Source: Candidatus Marinacidobacterales bacterium
GTDB taxonomy: Bacteria > Acidobacteriota > Vicinamibacteria > Marinacidobacterales > SMYC01
Direction of reading: 5' to 3'
Assembly: GCA_965224085.1 (NCBI GenBank)
Contig: CBDCYI010000005.1
Coordinates: forward strand, 1,088,001-1,152,000
Length of the DNA stretch: 64,000 nt
The number at the start of each line of letters is the position of its first letter. The first letter of the stretch is position 1. Shown piece after piece: positions 10,151 through 20,023 of this stretch. The notes below the pieces were generated by a model. That model saw only the letters and a program-made list of their open reading frames with translations, was not told where the DNA came from and did no database searches. The position numbers and the translations under genes were made by a program.

Positions 10151-11065
10151 TCAGTGATAGAGCCCGTAATCCACGGGACGGGCCGGAAGGGGCTCCGGCT
10201 TCAAGCGAAGTTTGAGGGCGGCGCCGTACTTTTTCATGTACGCGTCCCGTCCGGAAACATTGTGCACCCATTCATCGAGATAGGCGTTCAGACGCTCGAC
10301 AGAGCGGCTCACCCGGTCCCACGCAACGTAGAAATCGTCGTCGCGGTCGTAGTAGCCCTGGACGTAGCTCGGATGCGCGCCGAAAGGCTCTTCCACGACT
10401 GCATCGACGATGAGTCCGGGCACGAGCGTCCGATTGGGGTCAGAGCGGATCACTTCTTCGTCGACGATCTCTTCCACGACGACGACGACTTTCTTCGAGG
10501 CGAAGGCGACTTCTTTCTGGATACCGAGCAAACCCCACACTTGCGTATTGCCCTCGGTGTCGGCGCGTTGCGCGTGGATGATCGCGACATCCGGATGAAG
10601 AGCCGGAACCGCCGCGAGATCCTCGCCGGTGAACGGACACTGCACCGTCCGCAAGCTCTCGTTGACGGAAGGCAAGTCCGTCCCGCGATAGTTGCGAAGA
10701 GGCATGAAAGGAAGTCCCGAGGCAGCCGCTTTGATGCGGGAAAGCAAACCGAAATGAGAATGTTCTTCGATCTCGACGGGACGCGGCTCGCCTTTTTCAA
10801 CCGCGCGGCGGATGGCATGGAGCGAGCCCACGCCCGGGTTGCCCATCCAGCCGAAGATGAGCTTCTGCGCAAGGCCGGCCGCGACCATCTGATCGTAAAT
10901 AAGATCCGGCGTGAGCCGGCAGAGCACGAGGTCTTTTTTCTGCTGCCGGATTATCTCGTGACCCGCCGCAAACGGAATGAGATGGGTAAAACCCTCGGCG
11001 GCGACGACGTCGCCGTCCTGGACGAAGCGGGCGATCGCTTCTTTCATCGAAACAAGCTTGGTCAT
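10151..11065 (-). CDS. CoA-transferase alpha subunit (glutaconate/3-oxoadipate CoA-transferase type)
   Basis: EGFTHLIPFAAGHEIIRQ, PDVAIIHAQRAD, GAHPS; ATG at 11065 overlaps the upstream stop. Confidence 0.9.
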   Translation of the reverse strand: MTKLVSMKEAIARFVQDGDVVAAEGFTHLIPFAAGHEIIRQQKKDLVLCRLTPDLIYDQMVAAGLAQKLIFGWMGNPGVGSLHAIRRAVEKGEPRPVEIEEHSHFGLLSRIKAAASGLPFMPLRNYRGTDLPSVNESLRTVQCPFTGEDLAAVPALHPDVAIIHAQRADTEGNTQVWGLLGIQKEVAFASKKVVVVVEEIVDEEVIRSDPNRTLVPGLIVDAVVEEPFGAHPSYVQGYYDRDDDFYVAWDRVSRSVERLNAYLDEWVHNVSGRDAYMKKYGAALKLRLKPEPLPARPVDYGLYH

Positions 11066-12366
11066 AGCGCGGCGAGCACTTCTTCCAAGATCTCGATGGC
11101 GGTATCCGCTTGCTCCGTCGTGACCACCAAAGGCGGGGTCAAGCGCACGCCGCTGTCGCCACATCCCAGCAGCAGTAGCCCACGCTCGAAGGCGCCCACG
11201 AGCACGGAGTCGACGAGCTTTGGGTCCAGGAAATCGATAACGAGCATCAAGCCGAGACCGCGGACGTCCCCGATGATCTGGCTGTGGCGCCCTTTCAAGC
11301 TCTCGAGTTTCGAGAACAGATGCGCCCCGACCTCGGCAGCGTTTTCGACGAGCCCCTTTTCGAGCAAGTCGAGTGTAGCAATCGCAGCGGCGCACGATAC
11401 CGCGTTCCCGCCATAAGTGCTTCCGTGCCCCCCGTTGTTCCACGTCATGACTTCGTCCCGCGCGATCACCGCCGCGAGCGGCATTCCTGAAGCGAGGCCT
11501 TTCGCCAAAGTAACGATGTCTGGCTCGATGCCGAAATGTTCGCAGGCAAACATCTTGCCGGTACGGCCCATACCTGCTTGCACCTCGTCGGCAACGAGTA
11601 AGATCCCGTGCTTTTTCGCGGTTGCCGCAAGCCGTGTCAGGAACTCTTTCTTCGGGACGTAGTAGCCGCCTTCGCCTTGAATCGGCTCCACGATGATCGC
11701 GGCGATTTCGTCGGGCGGGGCGACGGCGTGAAACAACGTCTCGAGGTGGTCGAGGCACTCCACATCACAGGTCTCCGGCTCGCGGTTCACAGGACAGCGA
11801 TAGCACTGTGCGTAGTAAGAATGATGGACTTCGGGGAGCATCGGCCCGTAGCCGCGGCGCTGCACCGCGTTGCTCGCCGTCAACGTCGCGGCGCCCATCG
11901 TGCGTCCATGAAAAGCTCCAAAAAAGCCGACGATCTTCTGCCGTTCCGTCCTGAGCCGAGCAAGCTTGATGGCGGATTCCACCGCCTCCGCTCCCGAGTT
12001 CGTGAAGAAAACCCGGGGATTCTCGCCCACAGGAGCAACGGCAGCGAGCCGTTCGGCGAGCGCCACGACCGGTCCCGTGTAGAAATCGGTCGGACACATG
12101 TGAAGGAGCTTCCCCGCTTGCGCGCGGATGGCCGCAACGACATCGGGGTGGCAATGTCCCGTCGCACAAACCGCAATCCCGGCCGCAAAATCCAAAACCC
12201 GATTCCCGTCCGGATCCGTCACCACCAATCCCGAAGCTTCTTGTACGACCAATGGGTAGTCCCGGTGATAGTGCTGCGACACGACACGGAGGTCGCGCTC
12301 GATGAGGGCTCGGGCTTTGGGGCCGGGGAGCTCCGCTTGGATCGAAGGCGCTGACAGCGTCGTCAC
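11062..12366 (-). CDS. Class III PLP aminotransferase (4-aminobutyrate/5-aminovalerate aminotransferase-like)
   Basis: NSGAEAVE, FHGRT, EPIQGEGG, DEVQAGMGRTG, AKGLASG, STYGGN. Confidence 0.9.
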   Translation of the reverse strand: MTTLSAPSIQAELPGPKARALIERDLRVVSQHYHRDYPLVVQEASGLVVTDPDGNRVLDFAAGIAVCATGHCHPDVVAAIRAQAGKLLHMCPTDFYTGPVVALAERLAAVAPVGENPRVFFTNSGAEAVESAIKLARLRTERQKIVGFFGAFHGRTMGAATLTASNAVQRRGYGPMLPEVHHSYYAQCYRCPVNREPETCDVECLDHLETLFHAVAPPDEIAAIIVEPIQGEGGYYVPKKEFLTRLAATAKKHGILLVADEVQAGMGRTGKMFACEHFGIEPDIVTLAKGLASGMPLAAVIARDEVMTWNNGGHGSTYGGNAVSCAAAIATLDLLEKGLVENAAEVGAHLFSKLESLKGRHSQIIGDVRGLGLMLVIDFLDPKLVDSVLVGAFERGLLLLGCGDSGVRLTPPLVVTTEQADTAIEILEEVLAAL

Positions 12367-12495
12367 GATGGCCTAGAGTCTACATCACCGGTTCGGCTTC
12401 GTTGAAGGTGCTTGATCACGGCTTTCGCCTTGGCTTTTGTGCCGGCCATGCTATAGTGCTTGCCCTTCTCTAAACTTAGCTAGAAATTTGGAACC

Positions 12496-12918
12496 GTGCC
12501 CACGACGCATCTCAACCGCGACGCGATAAAAGGGATCCTTCCGCATCGAGACCCGTTTCTTTTCGTGGACGCCGTGACTGAAGTGCAGCCGGGAAAGCGC
12601 ATCGTCGGCGAGCTCCACGCCGACCGTTCGAAGTTCTTTTTCGAGCGAACCGAGTTCGTGCCCTCGACCTTGCTTACGGAAGCGATGGCCCAGGTCGGAG
12701 CGATCCTCGTGCTCTACCCCGAGCAACATCGCGGCCGGACCATTTATTTCCGGTCGATCAAGGCATGTAGCTTCGAAGCCCCAATCCCCATAGGCTCTAA
12801 AGTGAAGATCGAAGCCGAAGTCAAGAAAATGCGGGGGCGCTTCGGAAGCCTCTCGGTAACCGCCTATCTCGACGACGCCGTGGCGGCGACCGGCGTAATG
12901 AGCTTCGCACTCGAATAG
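12496..12918 (+). CDS. FabZ-like hotdog 3-hydroxyacyl-ACP dehydratase
   Basis: LPHRDPFLFVD and EAMAQ; the canonical GHFP is replaced by FFERTE. Confidence 0.7.
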   Translation: MPTTHLNRDAIKGILPHRDPFLFVDAVTEVQPGKRIVGELHADRSKFFFERTEFVPSTLLTEAMAQVGAILVLYPEQHRGRTIYFRSIKACSFEAPIPIGSKVKIEAEVKKMRGRFGSLSVTAYLDDAVAATGVMSFALE

Positions 12919-13082
12919 CCTTCACTAGCCTGGCCCATTTACCGTCATCAACGTGAGTACACCCAACCGGCGTGTGTCGGAAAAGCCCATCTTCGAATCC
13001 ATTTTCTCGCTCCGAGCTTCCTAGCCATGGCTCGACGACGAGCGACCGGCCTATATTCTCGATGGACCTAGCCCATGTTTCC

Positions 13083-13898
13083 GGTATTGTCAAGTTGACG
13101 TTGAGCGAGCGAACCTATTGCGTCGAGCTGATTTCCTTTGCTCTCATCGGACGGCACAGGTTACCTCCTGCCAGACGATGAAAGCGCGGTCTCGTAGCTC
13201 CCGATGATGATGCGCTTGCAACAAATGCCGTCCGACGCGAAAGAGGTTTTGCACGAGTCCATGCACGGTCAAGAATCGTTGCGCCTGCCCAGGAGTTTTA
13301 AACTTCCGCATCTGTCGTTCCCGTTGTCGCGTCGGTTTCGTGCGAGACTTCGGCTAGGTTGTTTCTGTACTGGTCAGTGTCGTGGACGACGGACGGCATG
13401 ACCTCGCGGTGAGCGGCGCTGTAGCTTCTCAGTTTGTCGGTGACCAGCTGCCAGGGCGGACGGCCTTGCCCTTTCAACAGCTTGCGGAAGAATCGTTTGG
13501 CGGCTTTCTGATCACGGCTAGGCTGGACGAGGATATCAATCACATCACCATCTTGGTCTACCGCGCGCCAGAGGTATTGGCGTTCGCCTTGTATCTTTAT
13601 GAAGACCTCGTCCAGGTGCCACGTGTCACCAAGGCGACCCTGCCGACGCTTCAGTCGCCGAGCGTATTCCGGCCCGAACTTGATGCACCAAAGTCGGATC
13701 GCTTCGTAGGAAACCGTGATGCCTCGCTGAGCAAGCAGCTCTTCGACGTTTCGAAAGCTCACGCAGAATCGGTGGTAGAGCCAGACGGCGTGGCTGATGA
13801 TTTCCGGTGGAAATCGATAGCCGTGGTAGCTTGGCGCATCGGTCGTGGGCGGAGGTCATCGGAGAGTGACCGAAATCGTTCGTTCACTCGAAAGTACC
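13083..13898 (-). mobile_element. IS6-family element, copy 1 (816 bp)
   Basis: Imperfect IRs GGTATTGTCAAGTTGACG / GGTACTTTCGAGTGAACG; transposase motifs YRFPPEIISHAVWLY, WHLDEVF, YLWRAVDQDG, VTDKL; frameshift after EVSH. Confidence 0.92.
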
Positions 13899-14280
13899 TT
13901 CAAATACTTCTACCGCGACGACCAAGAACGTCCAGGGTTGGATCGGCGTGCTCATGACCAAGCATTCCAGCTTCCCTTGGCGAAGCAAGCGTAGACGCGT
14001 CTATACGAAACGCTCTGGCTGATGCAGGTCTTGAGTTCGTTCGTGTTTTTGGACACGACGCCTTCGCGAACGGGTATCGGTCTCGGGATTTCGTGCGTGC
14101 CGGGAGGGGTGACGCGCCATCGCAAGACCGGGAGCGTGGCGCCTGGCAGGATCGGCGGGCACTGTCGAACCGGAACACGTCGATCATGTAGGCATGGTGC
14201 CGGCAGACCGGAGACTAATCAAGTTCGGTGCGCGCGGATGAATAAATAGAAGGTACAACGCCCACCCGGGGGTTGTTGTT

Positions 14281-15627
14281 TTAGAAATCGTACCGCATCG
14301 AGAGGCTCACGCTAACGAACGAAAGAGGGTCGCCGGTTCGAATGCGGAACGTCACGGGCTCGCTGCCGTCGCGACGCAGTTCCGATGCGTGGCTCCGCAG
14401 ACGCTCCCACTCAATGTCGGCGGCGGCGAACCGTCCAAAGCCGACCCAGCGGGCCTTGATACCGAGTGACACCCTTTTCGACATGGCGTGGTCGACGCCG
14501 ACCAGCAATTGGTACCCAGCTAGCTTATCACGCAGCTCCGCCTGCTTGCTGGTGGTGGTGCCGGCGAGGTTTCGGCGGATTTCCTCCTCGTTCGGCAGAC
14601 CAGCGGCCGTACCGATGGCGTCAGGGTCGGGGTTCCGCGCCCAGAGGTCGCCGTAATCCAGCTCGGTCAGCCCGATGCCGACTCCCACTCCAACGTACGG
14701 CGTCAGACGAGTCCGGCCTCGGAAGTCGACGTACACGTTGGCGAAGACGTTCTGCGACGAGATGCTACCGATTCGGTCCTCGGCGCGCTGGATCTCTCCG
14801 CCAAGCTTCGCGAAAGTGTCGCCGGTCGCGCTCGTCACCGGCGAGGTCTGGTCGTACTCGGACTCCCGATAGAACCACTCCACCTCGACCCGCAGCCGCG
14901 GACCGAAACGGTAGCCGGCCGCCAGCCCCGCGAACATCCCCTTGGCGCGGTCGTATGTGGTCTTCCAACCCGCGCCCGACCCGCGGTTGGGATCGGTGCA
15001 GCCGGGGACCTCCGTGAAACGGGGGTTGATGAACTCATCACAGCGGCTGGCCCGGTCGTTGCTGTTACCGAGCAACGCTATCAACGGGGCCCAGTTGAGC
15101 CCGACCTGCTGCATCATGTAGAAGCCCGTCTGGTCGCGCGCGAGATTGCGTAGACTAGCCGGCCGCACGAGCGTCGCCGCGTCATTGATCGGGTGCGTGG
15201 CGATGTTGAATGATGGGACCAGAGTCCGCATCTGAGCGCGGCTCCCGATAACCACGACGTGCTCCTCGATCCCGACCTTCATTTCGACATCGAGGGTGGT
15301 CGCGCCACCGGGCCTGATTTCCACACCCGCGCGCACAACCTCATTGAACCCAGGTAGCGTGAAGGTCACATCGCAAGGGCCGGGCTCAAGCGCGCTCAGC
15401 GTGAACATGCCGGTACGGTCGGTCAAGGCCGTCTGGACCGGCGCAACAGCCCCCGCGGGCCGCGCCTCCACGACGACGCCGGTCAGCGCGAGACCGGTCG
15501 CGTCGGTCACCGTTCCAGACAGCTCCGCGGCCTCTATACTTGCGACGCCGGATGCTGGCGCCAGGGCGACCAGCACTACAGCCGCGGCTACAAGAACATC
15601 TGCCGAGCGCCGTGCCTTGCTGTACAT
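14281..15627 (-). CDS. Chimeric outer-membrane protein: CarboxypepD_reg-like domain, partial TonB plug and small OMP beta-barrel
   Basis: Signal peptide, GTVTDATG..L.GV.V, VVVIGSR, TLVPSFN...DAATLVRPASLRNL, then GYRFG..LRVEVE, TPYVGVGVG, C-terminal YDF. Confidence 0.65.
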   Translation of the reverse strand: MYSKARRSADVLVAAAVVLVALAPASGVASIEAAELSGTVTDATGLALTGVVVEARPAGAVAPVQTALTDRTGMFTLSALEPGPCDVTFTLPGFNEVVRAGVEIRPGGATTLDVEMKVGIEEHVVVIGSRAQMRTLVPSFNIATHPINDAATLVRPASLRNLARDQTGFYMMQQVGLNWAPLIALLGNSNDRASRCDEFINPRFTEVPGCTDPNRGSGAGWKTTYDRAKGMFAGLAAGYRFGPRLRVEVEWFYRESEYDQTSPVTSATGDTFAKLGGEIQRAEDRIGSISSQNVFANVYVDFRGRTRLTPYVGVGVGIGLTELDYGDLWARNPDPDAIGTAAGLPNEEEIRRNLAGTTTSKQAELRDKLAGYQLLVGVDHAMSKRVSLGIKARWVGFGRFAAADIEWERLRSHASELRRDGSEPVTFRIRTGDPLSFVSVSLSMRYDF

Positions 15628-15634
15628 CTGCGAG

Positions 15635-16450
15635 GGTACTTTCGAGTGAACGAACGATTTCGGTCACTCTCCGATGACCTCCGCCCACGACCGATGCGCC
15701 AAGCTACCACGGCTATCGATTTCCACCGGAAATCATCAGCCACGCCGTCTGGCTCTACCACCGATTCTGCGTGAGCTTTCGAAACGTCGAAGAGCTGCTT
15801 GCTCAGCGAGGCATCACGGTTTCCTACGAAGCGATCCGACTTTGGTGCATCAAGTTCGGGCCGGAATACGCTCGGCGACTGAAGCGTCGGCAGGGTCGCC
15901 TTGGTGACACGTGGCACCTGGACGAGGTCTTCATAAAGATACAAGGCGAACGCCAATACCTCTGGCGCGCGGTAGACCAAGATGGTGATGTGATTGATAT
16001 CCTCGTCCAGCCTAGCCGTGATCAGAAAGCCGCCAAACGATTCTTCCGCAAGCTGTTGAAAGGGCAAGGCCGTCCGCCCTGGCAGCTGGTCACCGACAAA
16101 CTGAGAAGCTACAGCGCCGCTCACCGCGAGGTCATGCCGTCCGTCGTCCACGACACTGACCAGTACAGAAACAACCTAGCCGAAGTCTCGCACGAAACCG
16201 ACGCGACAACGGGAACGACAGATGCGGAAGTTTAAAACTCCTGGGCAGGCGCAACGATTCTTGACCGTGCATGGACTCGTGCAAAACCTCTTTCGCGTCG
16301 GACGGCATTTGTTGCAAGCGCATCATCATCGGGAGCTACGAGACCGCGCTTTCATCGTCTGGCAGGAGGTAACCTGTGCCGTCCGATGAGAGCAAAGGAA
16401 ATCAGCTCGACGCAATAGGTTCGCTCGCTCAACGTCAACTTGACAATACC
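15635..16450 (+). mobile_element. IS6-family element, copy 2 (816 bp, inverted relative to copy 1)
   Basis: Reverse complement of copy 1, with the same IRs and frameshift; the ORF translations of both copies are identical. Confidence 0.92.
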
Positions 16451-16508
16451 TCGATGGGTGAATGATACTTCAAAAGGACCGCGCCGTGCTTGGTTTGGCC
16501 CACGGGAT

Positions 16509-17111
16509 TCACGAGCGGCTCACGTGGGGGTTTTCGCTCTCGTAGACGCGCAGTCGACGCCCCGCCCATTCACCGGCGTAGCTCACGCCGATGCGCGGCC
16601 CGACATCCAGCTTACCGTCCGCCACGCGACGACCATGCCGAACGAATAGCTTTTTACTCTCGACGAGATCGACCCCATCGAACGTCCTGTCGATCGCGAG
16701 AGCCTGCGCGAGCTTAGCGGGGCCGGAGCATAACTCTCGATCTGGCTTGGCCCCTCGGAGGCGTCTCATCTCTTCGAGCCCGGCGACGGGCTCGAGAGCG
16801 CGAATCAAGCACGCCGTGGGCACCTCCTCGCGGTCCGAGACGACGTTGAAGCACCAGTGCATCCCGTAGACGAAATACACATAGGCGTAGCCGCCATCCA
16901 ACCACATCGAGGCGTTGCGCTTCGAGCGGCGACCCCCGTAGCTATGGCAGGCGCTATCTTCGACACCCAAATATGCCTCGACCTCGACGATGCGGCCGGC
17001 GAGCTCTTGGCCCTCGGGAAGTCGCCTCACGAGAACGTGACCCAAAAGCGCCTTCGCAAGCGTTACGGGATCACGACGGTAGAAGCGGCGGGTCAAGCTC
17101 TTCGCTTTCAC
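16509..17111 (-). CDS. mpg: DNA-3-methyladenine glycosylase (AAG/Mpg family)
   Basis: GRIVEVEAYLG, YVYFVYGMHWC, IRALEP, SGPAKL, GPRIGV. Confidence 0.93.
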   Translation of the reverse strand: MKAKSLTRRFYRRDPVTLAKALLGHVLVRRLPEGQELAGRIVEVEAYLGVEDSACHSYGGRRSKRNASMWLDGGYAYVYFVYGMHWCFNVVSDREEVPTACLIRALEPVAGLEEMRRLRGAKPDRELCSGPAKLAQALAIDRTFDGVDLVESKKLFVRHGRRVADGKLDVGPRIGVSYAGEWAGRRLRVYESENPHVSRS

Positions 17112-17983
17112 GGTGAGAGCAGTCGGGCCGCCGCGAGTGCGTAGACTACGGCCACATCCTTGAAGACGCGGCGTTTGAGAAACTCCTTGGGTCCATGCGC
17201 CACCGAGAGAAGACCGGGACCATAGGCAAAGGCGGGAACGCCGCGCTCGGCATAAAAACGGATCTCCAGAATAACCGGGCGAAGCTCGAACGCTGCCGGC
17301 TCGCCGCGCACTTCGGCGATCGCCTCCGCCACGGCCACGGCCGCAGGATCGGCCTCGGAAACACCGGCGGATCGGGCCTCCTGGAACACATCCACGTCGA
17401 CGTCGGCGTCGGCGTCGGCGTCGGCGTCGATCGCCTCCAGGAGTCGGCGCTTTTCCGTGTCGAAATCCTCTTCGGGGTTGATGCGTCGATCCACCGTGAA
17501 GGAGAAGCTCTCAGGCACGACGTTGAAGTTGGCGCCGCCTTGGACCTCGCCGCCCATCATCAGGATGGAACGCCGAGCCTCCGGTGGCTCGATGGGGTAT
17601 TCCGTGACACGTTGCTCGACCTCGGCTTTGACTTGGGGGAGCGCTTTCGCCACTGGAAGCAGGTGCTCGAAGGCGTTGATGCCACGGTACTGAAGCCCCA
17701 CGTGGGACTGGCGGCCACGAATGGTGATGCGGCAGGTGATAGCGCCGCGGCAGGCGTGCCAGTAGCGCGGGTGCTCGCGGTCGGTATCGCCGTTGTCGAT
17801 ACGCTCGATGTCGGCATTGAAGCCCAGCCCCCCAAGCTTCTCGCCGAGAAAGCGGAGGCAACGTTGGTAGTTGCGGCCGGGCGGGTTCTCGGTATCGATG
17901 GCGACGAGGGCGGCCGTCGGCTCGGCCATCTCGTCGCGGCTTGCATCGATGGTCTTTCGCAGTTGTTCGATCACTCGAAACAT
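17108..17983 (-). pseudogene. ArgE/DapE (M20) deacylase with in-frame internal deletion
   Basis: IDTENPPG N-terminus, dimerisation domain and GPG..AH C-terminus present; the HxDVV, GRG..DMK and EE metal ligands are missing (HPRYW joined to HACRG). Confidence 0.75.
17395..17430. repeat. Hexamer microsatellite (CGTCGG)4 with degenerate flanks
   Basis: cgtcga-cgtcgg x4-cgtcga, encoding a DADADADADV run. Confidence 0.8.
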
Positions 17984-18024
17984 CCTACCCTATCCCACCA
18001 CCTTCGCCATGATGTTACGCAACT

Positions 18025-19206
18025 TTGGGTCCGGGTCTTCTCGTCGCCGCCGCATTCATCGGGCCGGGGACCATCGTCACGGCGTCGCGCGCAGGGGCGA
18101 GCTTCGGCGCGGCGCTTCTCTGGGCCGTCGTCTTCTCGGCAGTGGCGACGGCGGTTCTTCAAGAAATGGCGGCTCGCGTCGGGCTCGTCACGCGGAGAGG
18201 ACTGAGCGAAGCCATTCGGGCGAGCATCTCGCAGCCCTTTCTTCGCTTCTTGTCGCTTGGCCTCGTCGCCGTGGCCATCACGCTCGGCAACGCGGCCTAC
18301 GAGACCGGGAATCTCCTTGGTGCCTCTCTCGGGCTCGAGATTTTGAGCGGCGTTTCTCCCAAGCTTTGGGCCATCGTCATCGCGGTGGCGGCGGCAGCAC
18401 TTCTTTTGAGCGGCGCCTACCGAATGATTCAGCGCGTTCTCATCGCGCTCGTCGTGCTCATGAGCTTCGTGTTCCTCGTGACGGCCATTCTCGTAGAGCC
18501 TTCGCTCGGCGAGCTAGGCCGTGGGCTCGTTCCCTCGGTGCCGGATGGGTCGCTTTTGATGATCATCGCGCTCATCGGCACAACGGTCGTTCCCTACAAC
18601 TTATTCCTTCACGCAAGCACGGTGCTGGAGAAGTGGCCCGCCGATATGAAGACCGACGAGGCGCTCGCGCAGTCGCGGCTGGACACAGCACTCTCGGTCG
18701 GTCTCGGCGGCCTCGTTACCATCGCGATCCTTGTGAACGCGACGCCGTTCAACGACGCGTCCAGCCTTTCGGACATCGCATCGCAGCTCGAGCCCGTACT
18801 CGGCGAATGGGCTGGAGCGTTCTTCGGTCTCGGTCTCTTCGCGGCGGGACTCACGAGCTCGATCACGGCACCGCTCGCAGCCGGGTATGCGATGTCCGGA
18901 GCACTCGGCTGGAAGCGCGATCTGACGTCGCCCCGCTTCCGAGCGGTGGTCACGTTCGTGGTGCTCACCGGTCTCCTGCTCGCACTCATCGGCGGGAGCC
19001 CGACGGAAGCCATCGTGATCGCGCAAGCAGCCAATGGCTTGCTCCTTCCCCTCATCGCGATCTTCTTGATCTTCGTCGTGAACGACGGCGCACTCATGGG
19101 TGCGTTTCGGAACGGGCCCCTGCAAAACGTTCTCGGGATGCTCGTCGTTCTCGTCGTGACGGGTCTCGGCGTCTACCAGCTGCTAAGGGTTTTCGGCGTG
19201 GTGTAG
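18025..19206 (+). CDS. Nramp family divalent metal transporter (MntH-like)
   Basis: GPGLLVAAAFIGPG, LQEMAAR, IGTTVVPYNLFLH; upstream ATGs at 18009/18012 are 1 nt out of frame. Confidence 0.85.
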   Translation: MGPGLLVAAAFIGPGTIVTASRAGASFGAALLWAVVFSAVATAVLQEMAARVGLVTRRGLSEAIRASISQPFLRFLSLGLVAVAITLGNAAYETGNLLGASLGLEILSGVSPKLWAIVIAVAAAALLLSGAYRMIQRVLIALVVLMSFVFLVTAILVEPSLGELGRGLVPSVPDGSLLMIIALIGTTVVPYNLFLHASTVLEKWPADMKTDEALAQSRLDTALSVGLGGLVTIAILVNATPFNDASSLSDIASQLEPVLGEWAGAFFGLGLFAAGLTSSITAPLAAGYAMSGALGWKRDLTSPRFRAVVTFVVLTGLLLALIGGSPTEAIVIAQAANGLLLPLIAIFLIFVVNDGALMGAFRNGPLQNVLGMLVVLVVTGLGVYQLLRVFGVV

Positions 19207-19980
19207 CAGGCGCCCCTCCATGCCCCCCGCGATCGGGAGGACGCTCCCACTGAGGTGGCCGCCGAGCTCGGGTGACGTAAACAAGACGATGGCGCGAGCA
19301 ACGTCCTCGGGCGATGCGATCTTTCGAAGCGCCATCGTTGCCGTGGCACGCGGAATGGCTGTGGAATCCTCCATCGACGATGCCGCCATCGGCGTATCGA
19401 CCCATCCGGGGCAGACACAGTTGACCCGCCCCCGCGGCGCGAGCCGCACGATCTCGTTTTTCAAGCTACGCGTCAGGCCATAGGCCATCGCCGCTTTGGC
19501 CGCCGAGTAGTCCGTATGGTTCTCCTCGCCAAAGACGGCCGCGGTCGAGGCGACGAACACGATCGAGGCCTCGTCGCGCGGCTTCTCCGCGAGGTGGCGC
19601 ATGAATCCGCGGCATGTGAGAAAGGCGCCCGTCAGATCCACCGCCATCGTCCTCTCCCACTGCTCGAGGCTCATCTCGTGAAGTGGCGTCTCGGTCTCGA
19701 TCCAAATCCCGGCGTTGACGACAATCGCATCGAGCCGAGAAAACGTACTGAGAGCTGTCGCGTACATCGCGTCCACATCCGCCTCGACGGAGACATCGGC
19801 TCGGACCACGACCGTCTCGACATCGAGGTCCTTGGCGAGTTCGTCCACGCTCTCTCGGTTCGTCCGATAGTGCAGCACGACGTTCGCGGCCTCGTCCGCG
19901 AATGCGCGTGCCGTCGCCGTGCCAATTCCACCTGAGGCGCCCGTTACGAGCACCGTCTGCTTTTCGAGGCCACTTCGCAT
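19183..19980 (-). CDS. SDR family NAD(P)-dependent oxidoreductase
   Basis: TGASGGIG, NAG, YSAAK, PGWVDT. Confidence 0.92.
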   Translation of the reverse strand: MRSGLEKQTVLVTGASGGIGTATARAFADEAANVVLHYRTNRESVDELAKDLDVETVVVRADVSVEADVDAMYATALSTFSRLDAIVVNAGIWIETETPLHEMSLEQWERTMAVDLTGAFLTCRGFMRHLAEKPRDEASIVFVASTAAVFGEENHTDYSAAKAAMAYGLTRSLKNEIVRLAPRGRVNCVCPGWVDTPMAASSMEDSTAIPRATATMALRKIASPEDVARAIVLFTSPELGGHLSGSVLPIAGGMEGRLLHHAENP

Positions 19981-20023
19981 GGTTTCCTTCTCTCTCGCTT
20001 ATAATCCCGCCGGGAGGTTCACC

